64,000 bases of DNA from Capsulimonadaceae bacterium (lineage in GTDB: Bacteria > Armatimonadota > Armatimonadia > Armatimonadales > Capsulimonadaceae): NCBI GenBank assembly GCA_965215505.1, contig OZ244065.1, positions 1,216,001 to 1,280,000 of the forward strand, given 5' to 3'. The notes beneath the pieces were generated by a model. That model had not been told where the DNA came from, searched no databases, and saw only the letters and a program-made list of their open reading frames with translations. Position 1 is the first letter of the stretch. Every line of letters starts with the position of its first letter. This document shows positions 56,760 to 64,000 of the stretch, one piece after another. Position numbers and translations under genes: made by a program.

Positions 56760-58715
56760 TTACGCTGGTTCGGGGCGCAGGTTCGGCAGCCGACGCGGCT
56801 TCTCCAGCGCGGGCGCGACGGGCGCATCGCCCTCACTCGGCGGGGCCTGCGGCGTGGCGGGCGGGGCCTTGACGGGAGGAGCCTTAGCCCCTTCCATCAG
56901 TGCCATGAAGTCCTCGCGCTCCAGCATTTCCTTCTCCAGCAGGACGCGCACGATCTCGTCCATCTTGGTCCGGTTCTCGGTCAGGATCTGGCGGGCGCGC
57001 TCGTAGCACTCGTCAATGATCGAGCGGACCTCCTTGTCGATCTCAACGGCGATGGTCTCGGAATAGTTGCGCTCCTCGTTCCAGTCCCGGCCCAGGAACG
57101 GGTTGCCATGCCGGGTTCCGAGTACGACCGGGCCGAGCCGGTCGCTCATGCCGTACTCACAGACCATGGAGCGGGCCGTCGCGGTCGCGCGCTCGAAGTC
57201 GTTGGACGCGCCGGTCGTGACCTCGCTGTAGACGACTTCCTCGGCGACCCGTCCGGCCAGCAGGCCGCTGATCTGGTCCATGAACTCCTGGCGCGTCACC
57301 AGGTACTTGTCCTCGACGGGGAGCTGCATGGTGTAGCCGAGGCCGCGGCCGCGCGGCAGGATCGAGATCTTGTGGACCGGGTCGGCGTTCGGCAGAAGCT
57401 CGCCGACGAGGGCGTGGCCGACCTCGTGGTAGGCGATCCGCTCGCGCGTCGTCTCGTTCATGATGCGCGATTTGCGCTGCGGGCCGGCGACGACGCGGTC
57501 AACGCTCTCGTTGAAGTCGTCCACGCCGATCTTGGTCTTGTCGTAGCGGGCGGCCAGCAGAGCGGCCTCATTGACCAAGTTCGCGAGGTCGGCCCCGGAG
57601 AAGCCCGGCGTCCGGCGCGCGAGGTTCTGGGCGTTGACGTCCTCGGCCAGCGGCTTGCCGCGCAGGTGGACGTTCAGGATGGCCTCGCGGCCCCGGACGT
57701 CCGGCTGGTCCACGGTCACTTGCCGGTCGAAGCGGCCGGGGCGGAGCAGGGCCGGGTCCAGCACGTCGGGTCGGTTGGTGGCGGCGATCATGATGACGCC
57801 CGCGTTCGGGTCGAAGCCGTCCATCTCGACCAGCAATTGGTTGAGCGTCTGCTCGCGCTCGTCGTGCCCGCCGCCCATGCCCGCGCCGCGCTGGCGGCCG
57901 ACGGCGTCAATCTCGTCAATGAAGATGAGCGACGGGCGGTTGGCCTTGGCGGTGTCGAACAGGTCGCGGACGCGGGACGCGCCGACGCCGACGAACATCT
58001 CCACGAAGTCCGAGCCGGAGATGTGGAAGAAGGGTACGCCCGCCTCGCCGGCGATGGCGCGGGCGAGCATGGTCTTCCCGCATCCGGGCGGGCCGAGCAA
58101 CAGGACGCCCTTGGGGATCTTGGCCCCGAGCGCCTGGAACTTCTTGGCGTTCTTCAGGAACTCGACGACCTCCTGAAGCTCCTGCTTGGCCTCGTCCACG
58201 CCGGCGACGTCTTCAAAGGTCACCTTGGGGACGTTGTCATTGAGGCGCTTTGCGCGGGAGCGGCCGAACGAGAGGGCCTGATTGCCGCCGCTCTGCGCCT
58301 GACGCAGGAAGAACATCCAGAAGACGAAGATCACGCCGAGCGGCAGGAGGACCGAGAGCAGCATCGCCATGACGCTGTCCGAGATGGGGGGCCGGGTGTA
58401 GCCGAACTCCGTGCCTCCGTGCGCGATGAGCAGGTCGTGCAGGTGGGCGCGGTCCGGCGGGTTCTCAGGGCCGAGGTAGACGGAGAAGGCGGTGCGGCCG
58501 CCGTTCTGGGTCAGATGACCTTGGAACGTGTCCTTGTCGAAGTTGCCATCAAGCACATTATTGTTGTTAATGGCCTGCACGAACTGCGAGTAGCTGATAT
58601 TCTTCTGGTTCTCCCCCTTGAACATCCCCTTGTTGTTCGAAACAACGAGGTACACGAGGGCGAACAGCAAGAGGACGGGAACCATTACCCGAAGGACATT
58701 GCGATTTGCGTTCAA
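56760..58715 (-). CDS. ftsH: ATP-dependent zinc metalloprotease FtsH
   Basis: Two TMs; [31 protein letters not shown] start after GGAGG. Confidence 0.97.
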   Translation of the reverse strand: MNANRNVLRVMVPVLLLFALVYLVVSNNKGMFKGENQKNISYSQFVQAINNNNVLDGNFDKDTFQGHLTQNGGRTAFSVYLGPENPPDRAHLHDLLIAHGGTEFGYTRPPISDSVMAMLLSVLLPLGVIFVFWMFFLRQAQSGGNQALSFGRSRAKRLNDNVPKVTFEDVAGVDEAKQELQEVVEFLKNAKKFQALGAKIPKGVLLLGPPGCGKTMLARAIAGEAGVPFFHISGSDFVEMFVGVGASRVRDLFDTAKANRPSLIFIDEIDAVGRQRGAGMGGGHDEREQTLNQLLVEMDGFDPNAGVIMIAATNRPDVLDPALLRPGRFDRQVTVDQPDVRGREAILNVHLRGKPLAEDVNAQNLARRTPGFSGADLANLVNEAALLAARYDKTKIGVDDFNESVDRVVAGPQRKSRIMNETTRERIAYHEVGHALVGELLPNADPVHKISILPRGRGLGYTMQLPVEDKYLVTRQEFMDQISGLLAGRVAEEVVYSEVTTGASNDFERATATARSMVCEYGMSDRLGPVVLGTRHGNPFLGRDWNEERNYSETIAVEIDKEVRSIIDECYERARQILTENRTKMDEIVRVLLEKEMLEREDFMALMEGAKAPPVKAPPATPQAPPSEGDAPVAPALEKPRRLPNLRPEPA

Positions 58716-58782
58716 ACGAAAGCCTCCTTCCCCGCCCGGATTTTCGGTTTCCGTGGGACGCGGGAAGACTTCTAACAAATGC

Positions 58783-59079
58783 CTAGGCGTCGCCGATGAG
58801 CGGGGCCGCCGGCGAAGGGTGAGTATACCACATTATTGTCGTATCGGCAACAATGCTCATCTTCTCTACGGAAACCGCCCGGATGGCGTTCCATTTTGGT
58901 GTTCCCGTGTGGTTAGAACAAGCGGCGGGGCGGGGGCGTTCCGCACCCCCGCTGTCTGAAGTCTCGGGCCGGCGCTGTCCGCTGCCCGAGGAAGGTGTGG
59001 GGGACCGGCCGAAGAAGTAGGCGATCCCGAACAGCAGGAGGACGGGGACGATGATGCGCCTGAATCGGTTAGCTGTCAC
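58783..59079 (-). CDS. Small membrane protein resembling the FtsH N-terminus
   Basis: GTG start after [28 protein letters not shown]. Confidence 0.55.
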   Translation of the reverse strand: MTANRFRRIIVPVLLLFGIAYFFGRSPTPSSGSGQRRPETSDSGGAERPRPAACSNHTGTPKWNAIRAVSVEKMSIVADTTIMWYTHPSPAAPLIGDA

Positions 59080-59094
59080 TCAGTATCCTTTCCC

Positions 59095-59460
59095 TCAATC
59101 GTCCGGCACGATCTCCCAGGCCTCCCCCACTCGTGCCGAGGGCACACTGTTTGCCAGCGTCCCCGCCCCGAGTTCCAGCGTGTGGAACGCGCCCGGCGCG
59201 CGTACCAGCAACCGCCCCGGTGGCGTGCCCGGCGCGAGCCGCACCGCCCGGAAACGCTCGTCCAGGAACAGCAGGTCCAGGGGGAACCGGACACCGACCG
59301 TATGCACGGACGCGACGCCGGGCAGCCAGAGGCCCTGGCCCACCGGGAGTGAGCGCCTGCCCAACACACCCCTTCCCTTCTCCCACCATCCGCCCGCCCG
59401 CGCTACGACCGCCACGGTCCGCCCGGTCGGCAGGTGAGTCAGGCGGTGGGAAGGGGTCAA
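59095..59460 (-). CDS. DUF192 family protein
   Basis: GVLGR, GLWL, SVHTVGVRFPLDLLFLD, TLELGAG; TTG start overlapping the upstream stop. Confidence 0.85.
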   Translation of the reverse strand: MTPSHRLTHLPTGRTVAVVARAGGWWEKGRGVLGRRSLPVGQGLWLPGVASVHTVGVRFPLDLLFLDERFRAVRLAPGTPPGRLLVRAPGAFHTLELGAGTLANSVPSARVGEAWEIVPDD

Positions 59461-59942
59461 AGCGCGTCGTACCCAGACTCCGCCTGGACCTGCACCGCCC
59501 CGCGCCGGTCCAGGCGGAGATGCAGGCGGTTGGGCGAGCCGCAGGCGGGGCACTCGGCCTCGCGCTCCTCGGGTCCGTTCTCCCGCAGCGCCTCGGCGCT
59601 CACCGGCACCGAGACGGCGGCCTGGCAGCAGAAGCAAACGTAGGCGGCGGTCTCGGGCGGCGGGGCGACCGCCTTGGCGGCCTGGAGGCGCTCCCAGCGG
59701 AAGTGGACGAACAGGCGGCCCCAGTTATCGCCGTCCTTCTCGACCCGGTGGTAGCGCGCCCGGACGTCGGGCTGGTCCAGGAAGCGCAGCACGGACTTCT
59801 TGAGCTGGCCGGAGCCTTTGCCGGTGATGATCTCAAGTTCCGTGGTCCGCTTCTGGGTGGCCTCGTCCATGATGCCCGCCAGGGCGGCGTCAATGGCCCG
59901 GCTGTCGTTGTAGATGGGGTGCAGATCGAGTTTGAGTTTCAT
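59457..59942 (-). CDS. Stand-alone Smr domain protein with C-terminal zinc ribbon
   Basis: LDLH, IITGKGSGQLK, NWG; CFCC...CPACG. Confidence 0.85.
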   Translation of the reverse strand: MKLKLDLHPIYNDSRAIDAALAGIMDEATQKRTTELEIITGKGSGQLKKSVLRFLDQPDVRARYHRVEKDGDNWGRLFVHFRWERLQAAKAVAPPPETAAYVCFCCQAAVSVPVSAEALRENGPEEREAECPACGSPNRLHLRLDRRGAVQVQAESGYDAL

Positions 59943-60043
59943 GGCTTGAATTTCGCGGCGCTTCGCCTATTGTAGCACAAGCGTCGGCAGGGGGCAACCA
60001 TCGGGTAGAATGAGGGCGACCCCACCGCCGAAAGGATGTTTGA

Positions 60044-61627
60044 ATGCGCCCCCGCCTCTTTCTCTTGCTGCCCCCCCTGTTCGCCGCCTGCCTCGCGGAC
60101 CGTCCGCCGGCCGCCCGCGCCCAGGTCGCCCCGTCTGCGGCGGCGACCCGTGCCCTGCCGACCCCGCTGACGCTGGCCGACGCCATCACGATCGCCCTGC
60201 GCCGTCAGCCGACCGGGTACATCGCCCAGACCCAGATCACGTCCGCCAACGGGCAGAAGGTGCAGGCGCGGGCGCGGTATTTCCCCACGCTGACCCCGGA
60301 GTTCCAGTACCAGAACTCGCGGAACACGTTCTACGGCCTCACCACGGGCGGCGGCTCGAACAGCATCGTGACGCCGACGCCGACCGGCGGCACCGGGACA
60401 GGCAGCACCGGGACGGGTACGGGCGGAACAGGCACGGGGACCGGGACGGGCGGCACCGGGACTACGGGGACCGGCACCGGGACCACCGGCACGGGGACCG
60501 CCGGAACGACCGGCACGACGGCCACGGGCGGGCAGACGACGCAGACCGTCACCGGCCCCCAGAGCCTCGACAGCGTCTCGGTCACGCGCGGCAGCGGCTC
60601 CACGCTGACTCTCGCGCAGACGCTGTTCGACAGCGGCACGCGCGAGTCGATCAACGCCCAGGCCCGGCGCAGCCTCGACGCCGCCCGCTACGGGCGGACG
60701 GACACGCGCCAGCAGATCATCCTGGCCGTCACCAGCGACTTCTACGATCTGCTGCGGGCCGACGACCTGGTGAAAGTCTCGCAGGCCCAGGTGACGCGCG
60801 CCCAACAGACGGTGGACCAGACGCAGGGCCAGATCGATGCCGGGGTGGCCGCCCGCGCCGACATCCTCCAGTCTCAGGCGGACCTCGCCAACGCCCAGGT
60901 GACCCTGCTGCAAAACGAGAGCGCCGTCCGCTCCACCGAGGCGGCGCTGAAGAACGCCATGGCGGTCGAAACCGATGCCCCGCTCCAGCTCGCCACCCTG
61001 GCCGCCGGGGGTGCCCTGCCCCCTCCCCCCGATGCCGGGCCGGAGCGCGCCCTCGACGACTACGTCCGGCAGGCCTACGCCGCCCGCCCGGATCTGCGCC
61101 AGCAGCTCTCGGTCATAGAAGTCAGCCGCCAGAGCGTCAAGCAGGCCCGCATCGCCGCCGGCCCGGCCCTGGCCGGCTCCTACGTCCTGACCTACCAGCC
61201 CCAGAACGACCTGGGCGCGAAAAGCACCGACTCCCAGATCCTCGTCACGGCTTCCTACCCCCTCTTCGACGCCGGGGGGGCGCGCGGGGCCGTCCGGGTC
61301 GCCGAGGCCGGGCGGGACGCCGACCTGGACCGCCTGGAACAGCTCCGCCAGAGCGTCCGGCTGGATGTGGAGCAGAGCTTCTACGACCGCGCGCTGGCCT
61401 TGCAGCGGATACGGCTCTCCCAGGTCGCCGTCCAGGCCGCCCAGGCGAGCTTCGACGCCGCCACCGCCCGCCGCTCGGCGGGTGTCGGAACGGTGCTTGA
61501 CATCACGACCGCCCAGGTCAGTCTGACCCAGGCCCAGAACGGCTACGTCAGCGCCGTGTACGACTTCTACACCGCCGACGCCCGCCTGCGCCGCGCGACC
61601 GGGCAGAACGATGCGAACGTGCCTTGA
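60044..61627 (+). CDS. TolC-family outer membrane factor
   Basis: Signal peptide; LTLADAI, YFPTL, TLFDSG, RPDL, PLFDAG, GVGTVLD. Confidence 0.88.
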   Translation: MRPRLFLLLPPLFAACLADRPPAARAQVAPSAAATRALPTPLTLADAITIALRRQPTGYIAQTQITSANGQKVQARARYFPTLTPEFQYQNSRNTFYGLTTGGGSNSIVTPTPTGGTGTGSTGTGTGGTGTGTGTGGTGTTGTGTGTTGTGTAGTTGTTATGGQTTQTVTGPQSLDSVSVTRGSGSTLTLAQTLFDSGTRESINAQARRSLDAARYGRTDTRQQIILAVTSDFYDLLRADDLVKVSQAQVTRAQQTVDQTQGQIDAGVAARADILQSQADLANAQVTLLQNESAVRSTEAALKNAMAVETDAPLQLATLAAGGALPPPPDAGPERALDDYVRQAYAARPDLRQQLSVIEVSRQSVKQARIAAGPALAGSYVLTYQPQNDLGAKSTDSQILVTASYPLFDAGGARGAVRVAEAGRDADLDRLEQLRQSVRLDVEQSFYDRALALQRIRLSQVAVQAAQASFDAATARRSAGVGTVLDITTAQVSLTQAQNGYVSAVYDFYTADARLRRATGQNDANVP

Positions 61628-61724
61628 CAATGACTCCTACAGTGTGGGACAATTCCCCACATGACGCTCCGGCTTATCGGGACCGGGACTTACGGGCAAT
61701 GGGCTTCATCGAAAGGACAACACA

Positions 61725-62096
61725 ATGGACGACGACAAAACTCCTCCCCGTCCCTCGCGTCTCCTCTTGGCTGACCGTCTGCGTGTCGGCCTGCGGCAAA
61801 CTCTCGCCTACGCACAGGGTGAGGCGGAAGCAAGAGTCACGACGCTGACCATCCCAGACCCGCCACCCGCCTATGACGCCGAGCGCATCCGCGCCCTGCG
61901 GACGGGCCTCGGCTTCAGTCAGCCCTATTTCTCCCACGTCTTGAGCGTGTCCCCCAAAACGGTGCAAAGCTGGGAACAGGGCACGCGCGTTCCGAGCCGG
62001 TCCGCAGCCCGCCTCCTGCAACTGATCGAGAACCCGCACCTGCTGGATGCTCTGCACCGGCCTCAGCAGTCCTCTCATTCGGAAGCGGCTGGTTAG
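61725..62096 (+). CDS. XRE/HigA-like HTH antitoxin
   Basis: IRALRTGLGFSQPYF..VSPKTVQSWEQG.R.PS. Confidence 0.85.
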   Translation: MDDDKTPPRPSRLLLADRLRVGLRQTLAYAQGEAEARVTTLTIPDPPPAYDAERIRALRTGLGFSQPYFSHVLSVSPKTVQSWEQGTRVPSRSAARLLQLIENPHLLDALHRPQQSSHSEAAG

Positions 62097-62170
62097 CGTC
62101 GGCGTCGGCTTAGAACGGGCAGCATGGCAGCATGTTTGCGGGAGGAGACACATTGAGAAGAGATCAGTCC

Positions 62171-62674
62171 ATGTGGACGCTTACAGCCATCCCGATCGCC
62201 GTTGCTCTTGGCTTCGTCGGTTACTCCCTTTATGGTGTCGCCACAGTGATGACTGACCCGAGCTACTTTCGCTGGGATCGCGCTCATCATCTGGCGCATG
62301 GCTATCGCTTTCGGCAGCCCAACTACCTCTACCGCCTTCGTCTCGGCCTGTTGCAATATGCCCAGCACCACCAAGGGAACTTGCCGCCGATGCAGAACGC
62401 CGCGATAGCCCAGCGGGCGTTGATGCCCTACATCAATCATGTCAGACCGTTTTACAACATCACGACGGGCCGCCCCCTGATTCCGAACGCCAGCCTCTCC
62501 AACCGAAACTACCGCAGCATCATCAACGGCAGCAGTCTGATTGCCTTCTACGATCCGCAGCCGCCGGAAGGCTATCCCGAGGTCTATTATGTGACGGTCA
62601 GCGGCCATGTGGACCATGTCGGCTTGCGTCGCTGGCTGGTGACGCGGCGGGCATTAGGGGTTTCAGCCCAATGA
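62171..62674 (+). CDS. Membrane protein with degenerate DUF1559-like core
   Basis: N-terminal TM; LGLLQYAQHHQGNLP; LMPYI; C-terminal SGHV. Confidence 0.6.
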   Translation: MWTLTAIPIAVALGFVGYSLYGVATVMTDPSYFRWDRAHHLAHGYRFRQPNYLYRLRLGLLQYAQHHQGNLPPMQNAAIAQRALMPYINHVRPFYNITTGRPLIPNASLSNRNYRSIINGSSLIAFYDPQPPEGYPEVYYVTVSGHVDHVGLRRWLVTRRALGVSAQ

Positions 62675-62774
62675 TCACCGCCAATAATATCCCGAGGATG
62701 CACGAATCGGCAGGATTGTTGATATAACACAAGATAGCATAATATAAAATACTATTTCATGTTATACTAATTTT

Positions 62775-64000
62775 ATGAGCCAGTTCATCGTCAAGCCTGA
62801 CCCGTTCTTTAACCGGGCGGATGAGATCGCCGCCCTGAACCGGGCCTGGCATCGGCCTGGAGCGGGCGGGCAGATGGCGATGCTGTACGGGCGGCGGCGC
62901 TTGGGCAAGACTTACCTGCTTCAACACTTCTTTGCTGACGGCCCGCCGAAGGCGCACTGCTACTACCTCGCTGACCAGACCACGGCGGTCAGCCAGAGGC
63001 GGGAACTCGCAGCGCAAGTGCTGGACGCGCTGCCCGATCCCGGCGTCTCGGGGCCGGAAGAGATCGCGGTCAGTTGGAACGCCCTCTTTCGCTATGTCTC
63101 GCAGGCCTGCCGCAGCCGGGCGGGAAAAGAAACGACGCGCTTCGGGCTGATTCTGGACGAGTTCCCTTACCTCGTGGATCAGTCACCCGAACTGCCTTCC
63201 ATTCTGCAATCCTGGTGGGACCGAGAGGGCCTGCATTCGCCGCTGTTCGTCATCCTCTGCGGCTCACAGCTCTCCGCAATGGCGGCATTGGGCGAGGCAA
63301 GCCAGCCATTGTACGGGCGCTTCAACGCCGGCATCCTGAAGCTCGCACCGCTGCGCTATGACGAAGTCGCCCAATTCTACGCCGGACACCGGCACTATGG
63401 GCTGTCTGAGACGCTGATGATGTACGGCATTCTGGGCGGGACGCCGCGCTATCACGCGCTGATTAACCCAACCCAGCCGGTGGCGGGGGAGGTCGTGGAC
63501 ACCTTGCTGCGTCCGCAAAGCCCATTAGAGAACGAGGTGCGCTTCCTGCTCGGCAGCCAGCAGATCCGGGAGCCGGCACCCTACAACGCAATACTAGGCG
63601 CGATCGCGTCCGGGACGCTGCAATACGGCGAGATACTGAACGCGACGGGGGTGGAGCAAGGCTCGTTCGCGCGTTACCTGCGCGTACTGGCCGAGCTAGG
63701 CTGGATACGAAGGGAACTGCCATTTGGCGAGACGAGTGACCGCCGGGCGCTGTACCAAGTGGCGGACCCGTTCCTGGCCTTCTGGTATCGTTTCGCCGTA
63801 CCTCTCGCCAGCGAGTTGCAGTTCTCGGACCCGATGCGCGTCTATGCCGAACGGGTCGCCCCCTTCCTGCCGGGCTACATGGGGTGGCACGTCTTCGAGG
63901 AGATCTGTCACCAGTGGCTCCAGCGCCATGCGCGGGAGCGGCTGGGGCTGACGATCCGGGAGATGGGGCGCTACTGGAGCCGAGACGGGCAAGTGGAGAT
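62775..64000 (+). CDS. Archaeal-type AAA ATPase with DUF234-like region (3' truncated)
   Basis: Manual translation FFNRADE, YGRRRLGKT, ILDEFPYL, LCGS, PLYGR, GGTPRY, DPFLAFWYRF. Confidence 0.9.
   Translation, partial: MSQFIVKPDPFFNRADEIAALNRAWHRPGAGGQMAMLYGRRRLGKTYLLQHFFADGPPKAHCYYLADQTTAVSQRRELAAQVLDALPDPGVSGPEEIAVSWNALFRYVSQACRSRAGKETTRFGLILDEFPYLVDQSPELPSILQSWWDREGLHSPLFVILCGSQLSAMAALGEASQPLYGRFNAGILKLAPLRYDEVAQFYAGHRHYGLSETLMMYGILGGTPRYHALINPTQPVAGEVVDTLLRPQSPLENEVRFLLGSQQIREPAPYNAILGAIASGTLQYGEILNATGVEQGSFARYLRVLAELGWIRRELPFGETSDRRALYQVADPFLAFWYRFAVPLASELQFSDPMRVYAERVAPFLPGYMGWHVFEEICHQWLQRHARERLGLTIREMGRYWSRDGQVE

Overview
GC-rich (roughly 65-70% by eye) bacterial chromosome segment, probably Armatimonadota, inferred from VPEASS-type PEP-CTERM tails and DUF1559 pilin-like genes. 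I found no rRNA, tRNA, CRISPR array or intact transposase. Core genes are gltA, mntR/mntH, rplY, iscS, rqcH, kptA, ruvA, alr, ftsH, a GspE/PilB ATPase and a TolC-family gene. Best leads: (1) an HNH nuclease behind a promoter, His-rich leader peptide and terminator, divergent from rqcH; (2) an AfsR-like STAND regulator facing two copies of a direct-repeat operator 8 bp from the -10, driving a small triple-repeat peptide and an RCC1/Ig plus PEP-CTERM surface operon; (3) a duplicated module of DUF1559 pilin-like, TPR membrane and Tat-lipoprotein CRTAC1/ASPIC-UnbV genes; (4) a small membrane protein resembling the FtsH N-terminus directly upstream of ftsH. There are also many apparently leaderless genes, GTAG REP elements and two MITE-like inverted repeats. 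All family calls are motif recognition by eye, and many start codons were re-chosen from the ORF track.
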